DNA of 64,000 bases from Octopus vulgaris (GCA_951406725.2 OX597838.1:11718001-11782000); one strand, 5' to 3'. Counted from the first letter of the stretch, positions 1 to 11,122 are shown. Numbers and translations: made by a program. The notes: generated from the sequence alone by a model not told the origin.

Positions 1-98
1 CGGAGATTTGGACAGTACTCGCGTGTATATGCGCACGCACGCAGCTGTATATGCATGCACTAGCCCTATGACCCGGCAACACCGGGTCATAGTGCTAG
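1..98 (+). mobile_element. Helitron 3' terminus (element extends off the left edge)
   Basis: Hairpin CTATGACCCGG-caaca-CCGGGTCATAG (66-92) followed by CTAG (95-98) then T, the canonical Helitron 3' end. Confidence 0.65.
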
Positions 99-195
99 TT
101 GATATTAAAATCCATTTATATATTTTTCAATACATACTGTTGTTATGATTTCCCTCCCTCGTTTTATGCCTCCATTGTAGATATGTAGATTTGCT

Positions 196-226
196 AGTAA
201 TAATAATAACAATAATTATAATAATG

Positions 227-257
<31 letters not shown>

Positions 258-301
258 TAATAATAATGATAATAATAATAATAATAACAATAATAATAAT
301 G

Positions 302-332
<31 letters not shown>

Positions 333-347
333 TAATAATAATAATTA
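196..347. repeat. (ATA)n/(ATG) trinucleotide microsatellite
   Basis: Direct reading; source of the poly-I ORFs 127..351 and 191..424. Confidence 0.95.
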
Positions 348-407
348 TCAATATTATTTGTTTAACCCCCTTAACCTATCTCTTGCTCTCCATTTTCTCT
401 TCTACAG

Positions 408-563
408 ATGTTTGTCACTCGTGAAGGTCAGAATGAAGGGCAGACAACCCATGTTTTTGTTGTAATAACAGCTCAAAGTATATATTTACTCAAACAAAAT
501 ACTGGTGACCAGAAGTTTATTAAAGAATCTAGTATTCCCTTCCATGAATTGGATTATATTTCT
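408..563 (+). CDS. PLEKHM2: PLEKHM2/SKIP orthologue, internal coding exon (first visible; gene starts upstream of window)
   Basis: tctacag|ATGTTT...ATTTCT|gtgagt; MFVTREGQNEGQTTHVFVVITAQSIYLLKQ...SIPFHELDYIS resembles human SKIP ...YVLLTDCYVYLLRK...VSYNELDYVS; 156 nt. Confidence 0.9.
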
Positions 564-700
564 GTGAGTACAACAAACCGTTATTCCTGTGTTCTGTAGT
601 GAGGTGATCATGTTTAAATTCTCTTTAGTGATAATGATGATGTATTACAGCTGTTATTACCAAACTCTCATTCTGCCATTCTTTTATTCCATTTTTACAG

Positions 701-789
701 CTGAGTGTTAATAGTCAAGTAATTAATATTGTATGTGCCAACCGAAGACGTAAATTCTGGCTGACCACAGGGGATGAAGAAGTATCCAG
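701..789 (+). CDS. PLEKHM2: PLEKHM2/SKIP coding exon
   Basis: tttacag|CTGAGT...TCCAG|gtaagg; LSVNSQVINIVCANRRRKFWLTTGDEEVS(R) resembles SKIP VGLDQQTVKLVCTNRRKQFLLDTAD; 89 nt, ends phase 2. Confidence 0.92.
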
Positions 790-835
790 GTAAGGTTTGA
801 TGTGTTTAACAATATTACTAAAAATTGATGGCCTT

Positions 836-1245
836 ACTCTCTCTTTACCCTTTTACTTGTTTCAGTCATTTGACTGCGGCCATGCTGGAGCACCGCCTTT
901 AGTCGACCAAATCGACCCCGAGACTTATTCTTTGTAAGCCCAGTACTTATTCTATCGGTCTCTTTTGCCGAACCGCTTAGTGACGGGGACGTAAACACAC
1001 CAGCATCGGTTGTCAAGCAATGCTAGGGGGACAAACACAGACACACAAACACACACATACGTATATATATATACATATATACGACAGGCTTCTTTCAGTT
1101 TCCGTCTACCAAATCCACTCACAAGGCATTGGTCGGCCCGGGGCTATAGCAGAAGACACTTGCCCAAGATGCCATGCAGTGGGACTGAACCCGGAACCAT
1201 GTGGTTGGTTAGCAAGCTACTTACCACACAGCCACTCCTGCGCCT
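836..1245 (-). mobile_element. tRNA-derived SINE, family A (head GGCGCAGGAGTGGCTGTGTGG, internal (TA)n(TG)n, tail GTAAAAGAG)
   Basis: Near-identical to copies at 8.7, 16.5, 39.1, 55.4, 57.6, 59.9 and 61.6 kb; Pol III A/B-box-like head (TGGTAAGTAG / GGTTCAGTCC). Confidence 0.9.
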
Positions 1246-1379
1246 TGTGCCAAAATTTGAAACAATCATTATTATTATTATTGAGTGAGAGAGCAGTGCA
1301 TGCCATCAAAGTGACACTGGGGTACAAATATACAAAGCCCAGTATACCCATCATGACTACCCATCTGATAAGGGTACAC

Positions 1380-1750
1380 TAGGCACATATTATTAAGGTG
1401 GCAAGCTGGCACAATCGTTAGCATGCTGGGCAATTTGCTTAGTTCTGAGCTCAAATTCTGCCAAGGTCGACTTTGCCTTTCATCCTTTGAGGGTCGATAA
1501 ATTAATTCCCAGTGAAATACTGGGATCGATGTCCCCTCCTCCAAAATTTTAGGCCTTGTGTCTATAGTAGAAAGGATTATTATTATTATTAAGGCAGCAA
1601 GCTGGCAGAATGGTTAGGTTACCAGATAAAATGCTTATTGGCATTTTGTCTGTCTTTATGTTCTGAGTTCAAATTCTGTTGAGGTTGATTATGCCTTTCA
1701 TCCTTTCAGAGTCGATGAAATCATACTGAAGTCGATGTAATTGATTAGCT
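1380..1750 (+). mobile_element. Two degenerate SINE family B copies
   Basis: GCTGGCA...GTTCTGAGTTCAAATTC...GTCGACTTTGCCTTTCATCCTTT motifs present twice. Confidence 0.65.
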
Positions 1751-1752
1751 CC

Positions 1753-2001
1753 CTGATGTTTTCTTCAAAACCATGTATGGTCCCATGACTTCTTTATACT
1801 CTTAGCTCCCTAATGTTTCTGATGTTTTCTTCAAAACCATGTATGGTCCCATGACTTCTTTATACTCTTAGCTCCCTAATGTTTCTGATGTTTTCTTCAA
1901 AACCATGTATGGTCCCATGACTTCTTTATACTCTTAGCTCCCTAATGTTTCTGATGTTTTCTTCAGAACCATGTATGGTCCCATGACTTCTTTATACTCT
2001 T
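1753..2001. repeat. 66-bp minisatellite, about 3.8 copies
   Basis: CTCTTAGCTC recurs at 1799, 1865 and 1931; copies near-identical. Confidence 0.95.
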
Positions 2002-2137
2002 CCGAGTCCCTTTAGACCTTCCACTCAGGACAGGAACACATGGTGCATTATGCTGAGGATATTAAAGATTGACTTTAGTCTGGTGATTCTCTGTCATGCT
2101 GGAGCTAGACTTTGTTCCAGTAATAGCCTTATATCAC

Positions 2138-2441
2138 GTGATCACGTGACCGACCAGACCATCAGATGTTCTTACACATCGCTGGTCACAATGCATTCGC
2201 ATTGTTTTAACCTTTGAATGACGCCACCCCGCTGGCTAAGCGAGCAGGCCAACAGAAGAAAAAAGAGTGGGAGAAAGAGTGGTGAAAGAGTACAGCAGGG
2301 ATCACCACTCCCTGCCGGAGCCTCATGGAGCTTTTAGGTGTTTTCACTCAATAAACACTCACAACGCCCGGTCTGGGAATCGAAACCGCGATCCTACGAC
2401 CGCGAGTCCGCTGCCCTAACAACTGGGCCATTGTGCCTCCA
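2138..2441 (-). mobile_element. tRNA-derived SINE, family C (head GGCCCAGTGGTTAGGGCAGCGGACTCGCGGTCGTAGG)
   Basis: Reverse complement of the copy at 26855-27168 along its whole length. Confidence 0.88.
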
Positions 2442-2955
2442 CAACAGCCTTATATAATACTAGGTATTACTACCTCTAGAAGAACAATTATTCAGTACAT
2501 GTATAGAGCATATTTTTATTAAATGAGAGGAATTGATAGTACAGTTCCTTCAATACACGCTCACATACACACCACCCACACCTGTCATATTACACTCTTC
2601 ATTGAAGTGACTAATATCATTTTTGTCTAACTTGCCCTTTTTAGTATTTATTGAATTTAATATAGCTTAGTTTTTTTTTTTGAGATCAGCGAAAAATAAA
2701 GTAGAAAAGTAAGTTAGAAGAAGGCTAAAGCACTTGAAAGAAGTGTCCTCAGAAAAACTAATGCAGTCTCTGTATATGCATACATAGAAACACCAGCACA
2801 CACACACACATATATATATAAACTCCACAGGGGCACACTACTAAAAACAACCCCAGTTGTTCTGCTGTAATTTCAATGATCAATAAAATAATTTCTGTGA
2901 ATAAAGTAATTTTCTCTTCTCTCTTATCTCTTTTTGTTTTTTCCCTTCCATCCAG

Positions 2956-3088
2956 GTCAATAATTAATTGTTTGTCTCATGCCATGGAAACCAGTTTCTT
3001 TAACATCCCAAAACTGAGTGTTCTCACAGATGCCACTTCTCAGCAGATAGCAATGAAGAAATACATTTCCCAAGAGACTAAGTCTTCT
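2956..3088 (+). CDS. PLEKHM2: PLEKHM2/SKIP coding exon
   Basis: ccatccag|GTCAAT...TCTTCT|gtaagt; SIINCLSHAM...LSVLTDATSQQIAMKKYISQETKSS resembles SKIP SILTDATMEKLALAKFVAQESKC; 133 nt, phase fits previous exon. Confidence 0.92.
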
Positions 3089-3384
3089 GTAAGTCATCTT
3101 CCGCTTTAGTCTTTTTTACTAATTCGTTGGTGTTTGGTATTATTATTATTTAGCACCACTCAGCTCGGCTCTCATCCTGCAGACCAACAATCAAAAATGT
3201 TCTTGCTATAATGTATCTGGAACAGCTACAGTTGTTTTTGTTCAGTTTTGTTCTAGATCAGTCTTGGATCCAGCAGACCTATTATCAAAGGCATTCCATC
3301 CATGACCATTCAGTCTTTTATTTAAATATTGTGACCCTGCCAGTACTGATGCCATCCAAAAAAAAAAAACATTCAGTCCACACT

Positions 3385-4654
3385 GTAAAGTGGTTGGCAT
3401 TTGGAAGGGCATCCAACTATAAAAAACATGCTTAAATTATCCTTGCTTGTGCCACGTAAAAAGCACTCTGTCCACTCTGCTGGGTGGTTGGCATTTGGAA
3501 GGGCATCCAACTATAAAAACCATGCTTAAACTATCCTTGCTTGTGCCACGTAAAAAGCACTCTGTCCACTCTGCCGGGTGGTTGGCATTTGGAAGGGCAT
3601 CCAACTATAAAAACCATGCTTAAACTATCCTTGCTTGTGCCACGTAAAAAGCACTCTGTCCACTCTGCTGGGTGGTTGGCATTTGGAAGGGCATCCAACT
3701 ATAAAAACCATGCTTAAACTATCCTTGCTTGTGCCACGTAAAAAGCACTCTGTCCACTCTGCCGGGTGGTTGGCATTTGGAAGGGCATCCAACTATAAAA
3801 ACCATGCTTAAACTATCCTTGCTTGTGCCACGTAAAAAGCACTCTGTCCACTCTGCTGGGTGGTTGGCATTTGGAAGGGCATCCAACTATAAAAACCATG
3901 CTTAAACTATCCTTGCTTGTGCCACGTAAAAAGCACACAGTCCACTCTGCTGGGTGGTTGGCATTTGGAAGGGCATCCAACTATAAAAACCATGCTTAAA
4001 CTATCCTTGTTTGTGCCACGTGAAAAGCACTCTGTCCACTCTGCTGGGTGGTTGACATTAGAAAGGGCATCCAGCTATAAAAACCATGCTTAAACTACCC
4101 TTGCTTGTGCCACGGGAAAAGCACACAGTTCACTCTGCCGGGTGGTTGACATTAGGAAGGGCATCCAGCTATAAAAACCATGCTTAAACTACCCTTGCTT
4201 GTGCCGCGTGAAAAGCACACTGTCCACTCTGCCGGGTGATCGACATTAGAAAGGGCATCCAGCTATAAAAACCATGCTTAAACTACCCTTGCTTGTGCCA
4301 CGGGAAAAGCACACAGTCCACTCTGCCGGGTGGTTGACATTAGGAAGGGCATCCAACTATAAAAACCATGCTTAAACTACCCTTGCTTGTGCCGCGTGAA
4401 AAGCACACTGTCCACTCTGCCGGGTGATCGACATTAGAAAGGGCATCCAGCTATAAAAACCATGCTTAAACTACCCTTGCTTGTGCCACGGGAAAAGCAC
4501 ACAGTCCACTCTGCCGGGTGGTTGACATTAGGAAGGGCATCCAGCTATAAAAACCATGCTTAAACTACCCTTGCTTGTGCCACGGGAAAAGCACACTGTC
4601 CACTCTGCCGGGTGATCGACATTAGAAAGGGCATCCAGCTATAAAAACCATGCC
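3385..4654. repeat. 94-bp minisatellite, about 13.5 copies, derived from a SINE tail segment
   Basis: GGGTGG(T/A) unit starts at 3482, 3576, 3670, 3764, 3858, 3952, 4046 ... 4610; the unit GGTTGGCATTTGGAAGGGCATCCAACT matches the SINE tail at 19900-19930. Confidence 0.95.
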
Positions 4655-4790
4655 AAAACATACAGAAGTCTAGTGCAGGCTCATGCCTAGCCAGCTCCTA
4701 TCAAACCGTCCAACCCATGCCGGCATGGAAAATAGACATTAAATGGTGATGATAATGATTATTGCGTATTTAAGGGTGCATTATCTAATG

Positions 4791-5013
4791 CAGTGTTTTT
4801 CAACCAGGGTTCCGCCAGTACAGTGCAGGGGTTCCGCCAGTACAGTGCAGGGGTTCCGCAAGAAGTTACAAAACTGCTAAAGTCGGCAGTAATTTTTAAG
4901 TCTCCTGTGCAGATATGTGTGCATAAGACTATTAAATTATTGTACAGGGGTTCCTCGAGCCAGTGGAATGTTTCCTTGGGGTTCCGCTCCAGCAAAAAGG
5001 TTGAAAAGCACTG
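4791..5013. mobile_element. hAT-type MITE
   Basis: TIRs CAGTGTTTTTCAACC / GGTTGAAAAGCACTG; perfect 8-bp TSD ATCTAATG (4783-4790, 5014-5021); internal 21-bp tandem duplication. Confidence 0.9.
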
Positions 5014-5509
5014 ATCTAATGTATGGTATGATAGTGAATGTCATTACAGTTGTTTAGTCAAAGGTTGGTCAGATCTTACAGACTTATGATCAAATGTGTT
5101 CCAGCAATGATCATCTATCTGTTACTTAGATATAGTGTATATAGGACTACATTAATATAATGTGTTTTTCTTTGTTGCTATTGTTTAAGCCCTGCTCTCT
5201 CCTGATCCAATATATTTATGATATATTTATAAGTGTGTTCCAGCTAAGACTATCCTATGTTTTAATCAGACATGGTATATCTAGGATCACATTATCTAAT
5301 TTGTGGCTCCTTTCTGTTGATATTTAGCTCCAAGCAGCCTTGATCCAATAAACCTTTGATCAAAAGCATTCCAGCTATGACTTCCTAGTTTGATGAGTAG
5401 TTGCAGCTCCAATGGCTAGTTTCAAATAATTTTCAGCAGTTTCAGCTATTTTCAACTAGTTATGGTTTTAGTTTTTTTTAGTAAAATGTCAAAATATTTG
5501 TATTTTCAG

Positions 5510-5670
5510 ATGTATGATGTTGAACTTCACAGTTACCAGCTGATACACTGGGAAGATGCTCAGTTGAGCTGCAACCAAGGGGAGTGGACCTACAAGGAGG
5601 GATACCTTCTCCATCGTTACCATGACTACTTTAGGGGGTTCATGTGGAAACCAGGTTATTTCGTACTCAA
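5510..5670 (+). CDS. PLEKHM2: PLEKHM2/SKIP coding exon (start of PH domain)
   Basis: attttcag|ATGTAT...CTCAA|gtaagt; YQLIHWED...TYKEGYLLHR...WKPGYFVLK resembles SKIP YGLVHWED...ITKEGMLHYK...WKTCFVVL; 161 nt. Confidence 0.93.
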
Positions 5671-5789
5671 GTAAGTTGACTCTGCCTTTTTTAAAACTTT
5701 CTCATAGTATATCATGTGTGCATGTGCATGCACACACACACACACACTATTTTTTTGGGGTGGTGGGGTTCAGATGAGACCCAACTTGA

Positions 5790-6012
5790 GTTCTTGCATT
5801 CTTTACTCTGTTAACTAAATCTTGAAGTTCTTGCATGCTGCTGGCTATGAGGACTACACCATCTGCATAACTCGATTTGTGATGACCTTACCATTAATTT
5901 TGATGCTTTCGGTGAAACCATACAAGACATCTCTCATTATTACCTCAGGATATATATTAAAGAGGTTTGGAGAAAGGATGCAGCCCTGGTGGACACCTTG
6001 TTTGATGTAAAA
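5790..6012 (-). mobile_element. RTE-clade LINE reverse-transcriptase fragment (decayed)
   Basis: IKQGVHQGCILSPNLFNIY...IKINGKVITN then frameshifted YADGVVLIA (GVRQGC..SP and YADD motifs). Confidence 0.8.
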
Positions 6013-6043
6013 CCAATCTGTTACACACACACACACACATGAA

Positions 6044-6480
6044 GAGTAAGAGACTCCGACGTCTAGCAGCTGACTTGGCAGACACCCATAGAATTATTAA
6101 CCATCTTACAAACAATAACTCTGAGCACCTTTTCAAACTCCACCCGTCTAACACCCGTGGACATATTTACAAAGTCAGAAAACAGCACAGCTCCCATGAT
6201 TTTAGGAAACATTTTTTCACGCTGAGAGTTGCTGAAGCATGGAACAGACTGCCGGCATCAGTTGTTAGTTGTCAGAGCACTGCATCCTTCAAAACTTCCA
6301 TGCTTCCTGAGATTCGCCAACACTACACCTGATTTTCTCCCCTCCATACACACGCAAGCATGTATCTGACTCATACATTGTTCGCTTTCCAGACATTTGT
6401 ACATTACTGCATACACTTTATACACACTTTCTGACAAGTTGTGGTGCACCTGAGCACTGTATACAATAATTTGATTATTA
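6044..6480 (+). mobile_element. CR1/L2-type LINE 3' end fragment
   Basis: NTRGHIYKVRKQHSSHDFRKHFFTLRVAEAWNRLPASVV is a typical CR1 ORF2 C-terminus. Confidence 0.8.
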
Positions 6481-6721
6481 ATATGTCAAAAGGTGTAGAT
6501 AAATAGATAAGCAGAGATTAGAGCTCAAACCACATCAAATGCCTCAAATCCAGAGTCACATCACCAGAGTTGTAATCCAAGTAAGCAGCAGTTGGCTATA
6601 AGAAGCAGAATTTGAGCTAATGAAAATATAAGTACAAATAAAAGATAGTCAGGTATAATTACACAGAAAGCAGAAAGATAATTTCTGGTGACCTTTCATA
6701 AATAGGTAGATATCCAAAGAT

Positions 6722-7135
6722 TTCATCATCATTATCATCATCATCATCATTGTTTAACGTTCGTTCTCCATGCTAGTATGGGTTGGATGGTTCGACCGGG
6801 GATCTGGGAAGCCAGAAGGCTGCACCAGGCTCCAGTCTGATCTGGCAGTGTTTCTACAGCTGGATGCCCTTCCTAACGCCAACCACTCCGAGAGTGTAGT
6901 GGGTGCTTTTTACGTGCCACCTGCACAGGTGCCAGGCGATGCTGGCAATGGCCACGATTGGATTGGTGCATTTTACATGCCACCGGCACGGAAGCCAGTC
7001 AAGGCGGCGCTGGCATCGGCCACGATTCGGATGGTGCTTTTTACATGCCACCGGCATGGGTTCCAGTCTAGGTGGCACTGGCATCGGCCACATTCAGATG
7101 GTGCTTTTTACATGCCACTGGCACAGGGAACACAA
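6722..7135 (-). mobile_element. SINE tail (family A2 type, ends (GAT)n) with internal degenerate GGTGC(T/A)TTTTAC(A/G)TGCCAC repeats
   Basis: Reverse complement of the 19880-20047 tail; also at 20125-20265. Confidence 0.75.
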
Positions 7136-7272
7136 CTGCAGTTTCCATTGATTTTGATATTGGTGTACTTGACTCAATGGATCTCCTCAAGCACAGGGTC
7201 GAAACAGTGTTTCTTCACTTGCCACCTGCACATTCACAAGGAATATATTTCAGATGTGTTGTTATTTTTCAG

Positions 7273-7504
7273 GGATGGAGCACTTTGTATGTACAACAAC
7301 AAGACAGATAGTAAACCTTCAGCTTTCATCAACATGGGCATTGAGGACTGTACTGGATGTCGACGAGCCACTGACAGCGACAGAGAGAACACCATAGAGA
7401 TTATGTTGACCAACGGTGATTACTGGTACATTGCTGCTGCTACACCACTGGAGGCCAATGAGTGGCAACAGAGCTTCTGTCAGGCTGCCTCCGAAGTCAT
7501 GCAG
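7273..7504 (+). CDS. PLEKHM2: PLEKHM2/SKIP coding exon (PH domain)
   Basis: tttttcag|GGATGG...ATGCAG|gtgagt; FINMGIEDCTGCRRATDSDRENTIEI...EANEWQQSFCQAAS resembles SKIP SVNMGGEQCGGCRRANTTDRPHAFQV...EMAEWMQHLCQAVS; 232 nt. Confidence 0.95.
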
Positions 7505-7889
7505 GTGAGTGAATGGGGAGTAGAATTGGGGTACTACGGAAGCTGATGAGACATTAGTGGCAAACTGGTAATACCACACACTTGGAGGTTTAGTAGTGAT
7601 AGGTGACACTTCTTAGAGGTCGGTTGAAACATTTGACTCTGCTCTGTTGCAGTGTCTTCTTAATCCAAATTTTAAAACAAATCTTCATGGCTTAATTAGT
7701 GGATGAAGGATAACAGCCATGCTAATATTTGCAAGACCTCTAAGACAGATGGGTGGGTTGGAAAAAGGAATGAAGAAACCTTGTCTATGGGTTATAGTTG
7801 AAAGTTGGACATGAAGCTATGGAGTTGTTTAGACTTGAACTGGAGACCCAGTTTACATGTTTGTAACAGAGTGGACTACAGGCACCCAA

Positions 7890-8140
7890 AGACCATGTAT
7901 TGATGTTCCCAGACAAAAAAGACGTCATCAATGAACCGTAACCACAGTATTGGTTCATGCCCTTGTAGGGATTTGAATGTCTTCAGTAACTGTATCTCGA
8001 ATTTCGTCGTGAAGACATTAGCGAAATTAACTGCTATGGGGTACCCATGGTGCAACCCCTTGTCTGGTGGTAAAATTTTTGTTCAAACTTCATTGTCTTA
8101 CTTTGTAACACAAATCTCAATAGCCTACAGAGAAAATTAG
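7890..8140 (-). mobile_element. Penelope-like element RT fragment
   Basis: Minus-strand LLRFVLQ..FYHQTRGCTMGTP / IAVNFANVF...PILWLRFIDDVFFVW (PLE QxxGxxMG and RFIDD motifs), one frameshift. Confidence 0.8.
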
Positions 8141-8510
8141 ATGGAAGGCATTGAATGGGTACAGGTATGACATCAGGCACAACAACAACAGTAGTTTGAC
8201 TGAACTTGCCAAACATTTTACATCAAACGGCTGTAATTTTGAAAAAGACTTGAGAGTACATATTTGCAGGAAATATTCTGAATCTGCTACATTTTCAGTC
8301 CTCAAAATGCACAAAGAGAAATATGTTTGTGAGTTATTAATATCACTCCCTGGAAGGATGAATAAAATGACAGGAGAATTTCCTTTTCTTTTTTCCTTTT
8401 CTTTACTTTTTTCTCTTTCTTTCTTTTTCTTTTTACCAGTTGTAAACTTGAAAATTGAGGACTGATGATGTTATTGCATCAATGGTGGAACACTGGTTGC
8501 CTCGTTCAAA
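8135..8510 (+). mobile_element. Penelope-like GIY-YIG C-terminal fragment followed by pseudo-LTR-like sequence
   Basis: LNGYRYDIRH...ELAKHFTSNGCNFEKDLRVHI resembles the PLE endonuclease C-terminus; T-rich tract then a decayed CTGATGA...GGAAC motif. Confidence 0.55.
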
Positions 8511-8669
8511 TTTTAGATTTGAATTTCTATAATTTTGAATTTCTATGTATCACTTTTCATTTTGAACTCGACAATACAGGCTAGCTGTCGAAATATTATT
8601 CAACCAATAAAACATCAATTGCAATCACATTGCACTCTGTATTATCTAATAATAACGATAATAATAATG

Positions 8670-8704
<35 letters not shown>

Positions 8705-8705
8705 C

Positions 8706-9119
8706 AGAAGTGGCTGTGTCGTAAGTAGCTTGCTAACGAACCACATGGTTCCGGGTTCAGTCCCACTGCGTGGCATCTTGGGCAAGTGTCTTCTGCTATA
8801 GCCCCGGGCCGACCAATGCCTTGTGAGTGGATTTGGTAGACGGAAACTGAAAGAAGCCTGTTGTATATATGTATATATATATATATGTGTGTGTGTGTGT
8901 CTATGTTTGTATGTCTGTATTTGTCCCCCTAGCATTGCTTGACAATCGATGCTGGTGTGTTTACGTCCCCGTCACTTAGCGGTTCGGCAAAAAGAGACCG
9001 ATAGAATAAGTACTAGGCTTACAAAAGAATAGGTCCCGGGGTCGATTTGCTCGACTAAAAAGGCGGTGCTCCAGCATGGCCGCAGTCAAATGACTGAAAC
9101 AAGTAAAAGAGTAAAGAGT
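8706..9119 (+). mobile_element. SINE family A, full length
   Basis: Same sequence as 836-1245 in opposite orientation. Confidence 0.9.
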
Positions 9120-9267
9120 AATAATAATAATAATAATGACCACGGAATGTTGACTAGAGACAAAGGGATGAAAGAAAATAAAATGGATTCAGTTTGGTGC
9201 TCCATGAGCCTCCTACTGACCCATCTTCTTTTGTTTATTTCATTATTTGTTTCACTTTCACTTTCAG

Positions 9268-9444
9268 AATCGTGGAGTGGTATCAAACAGCTGTATTGGT
9301 TGCTGTGTTTTACTAAGTCAAAACAAGTTACTTATGTGTCATGAGGATCTACAGACCAATTTCTTCCGTACACTGGGCAGTGCCAATTTGGAAGATGTCA
9401 CAGCTATTCTCCAAGACAGCCAGATCTCTTCCTATTGCATTCTG
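9268..9444 (+). CDS. PLEKHM2: PLEKHM2/SKIP coding exon
   Basis: ctttcag|AATCGT...ATTCTG|gtaaat; CIGCCVLLSQNKLLMCHEDLQTNFFRTLGSANL resembles SKIP CIPCCLVLTDDRLFTCHEDCQTSFFRSLGTAKL; 177 nt. Confidence 0.95.
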
Positions 9445-9539
9445 GTAAATTTTTAATTCTTCACATTGATACTGTATTGCAAGCAACACGTTTTGTTTAT
9501 TTTCTTCTTAGAGCCTTAACTAGAGAAAACCCACCCTCC

Positions 9540-10160
9540 TTACAGAGGCAATGACTAGTGACAGACCTTTGGCGATGTGCTCTCCTTAAGAGGACCCATC
9601 AAGCTAAGTGCAACCATGCTGGTGGCATGTAAAAAAATTCAACCCTTGAATGTCAGGCCTCGCAGAAATAAAGTGGCTGAGTACCTTTCAAGTGTTGGAC
9701 CTGATGGCGGCAAAGTGACTGAGTTCCTTTCGAGTGGTGGGCTTCATGGAGGCAATGTACCTAAGTTCCTTTTGCGCATTGGGCCTCACGGAGGCGAGGT
9801 GGCTGAGTTCCTTTTGAGCATCGGGCCTCATGGAGGTGTAGTGGCTGAGCTCCTTTCGAGTGTTGGTCCCCACAGAGGCAATATCCAAGACCTTTGGCAT
9901 TATGGTGTGCTTGAAAAGAAGACCCATCAAGCTGAGCAAAATCGCAGTCGTGGCAGATACTGGTGTCACACAAATGGCACCCATGCTGGTGGCATGTAAT
10001 AGCACCCATTACTCTCTCAGAGTGTTTGACATTAGGAAGGGTATCCAGCCTTAGAAAACCATGCTAAATAAGACTGGATCCTGGTGCAGCCTTCCAGACG
10101 TGCCAGCCCAGTCAAACTGTTCAACTCATGCCAGCTTGGACAACGGACTTTGAATGATAA
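9540..10160 (+). mobile_element. SINE-tail-like repeat with an internal degenerate 42-bp tandem repeat (about 5 copies, 9675-9880)
   Basis: GGCTGAGTTCCTTT...GGGCCTCATGGAGG units; tail TTAGGAAGGGTATCCAGC matches the A2 tail. Confidence 0.6.
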
Positions 10161-10169
10161 TTTATCTTA

Positions 10170-10545
10170 CCTAATGACTTCATTCGAGCTTTGGTGTTGG
10201 AGAAGACGTTTACTGATTCCATGGACAGCGAGGCTCACCAATGGAGAAGTTCTTAAGCAGATCAGGCCGAAAGTGTCGCTAGAAGCTAGGATCACCAAGC
10301 ATAGATTGGCATATTTCGGTCATATTATGTGGCGAAAATCCCTGGAGAAGGACATCATGCTCGGAATGGTCAGTGGCAAGAGAGGAAGAGGCCGGCCAAG
10401 AACCCGCTGGCTTGGCACCATCAAGAGTGATACCGGAATGGACATAGCCAGTCTGAAGGAAGTGGCCCAGGATAGAACTGACTGGAGGACACTGATCCAA
10501 CGAGTGACCGAGAATCGACTTCGACTGAGCGGATAAATAGAATGA
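10170..10545 (+). mobile_element. RTE/BovB-like LINE 3' fragment
   Basis: FELWCWRR..IPWTAR.TN.EVL...RLAYFGHIM...LEKDIMLG.VSGKRGRGRPRTRWL...AQDR.DWR is the RTE ORF2 C-terminus. Confidence 0.88.
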
Positions 10546-10760
10546 CTTCATAGAATTATGTTGTAGGAAATAATACTTACATACTACTAAATGTATGTAT
10601 GCATTCACATACATACATACATACATACTCATGCATGCATATTTGCATACATCTACACATATACTCTTTCACTCTCTCTCTCTTGCTCTCCTACCTGTTG
10701 ATATTTCCACAAATCTGTTTCCCTTGAAATTACTATAGCTATGTGTTTGTTTGTCTACAG

Positions 10761-10880
10761 GAGTTTGAGTCCCAGGAAGATGGTGTCAGTTCAGAGCAGT
10801 GGATATTATATTTCAATTCAGACCAAGAAAAGACCAAATTTATTAACAAACTTATGTACTGTTGGAAGAAACTGTTTCAG
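10761..10880 (+). CDS. PLEKHM2: PLEKHM2/SKIP coding exon
   Basis: gtctacag|GAGTTT...TTTCAG|gtaatt; EFESQ...WILYF..DQEKTKFINKLMYCWKKLFQ resembles SKIP EFSQD...WVIYL..TSELDRLLSALNSGWKTIYQ; 120 nt. Confidence 0.92.
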
Positions 10881-11088
10881 GTAATTGTCACCTTTCCCGT
10901 GATTATTGTTTGTATACGTGTGTGTGTGTGTGAGAGAGAGAGAGAGTGATTAAGGAAATTGCTAATCAAGAACTAGAGAGGTTATAAACCTGTTCAGCCT
11001 TTAAACATTTTTAGATAAAAAATCTAAATGAATCCAAGTGCATTTTCAACTTCTTTAATATATATATGTATGTATGATGACATCTATC

Positions 11089-11122
<34 letters not shown>

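Noticed and set aside
3385-4654. CRISPR-like or tRNA array
   Set aside because: Units are contiguous with no unique spacers and no cloverleaf; eukaryotic minisatellite.
6770-7546. 258-aa ORF as a single gene
   Set aside because: The 5' part is a SINE tail; only 7273-7504, bounded by AG/GT, is the PLEKHM2 exon.
9577-9999. 140-aa ORF with 14-aa repeats (VAEFLSSVGPHGG)
   Set aside because: The open frame arises from a 42-bp tandem repeat inside a SINE-tail-like element; no splice signals or homology recognised.
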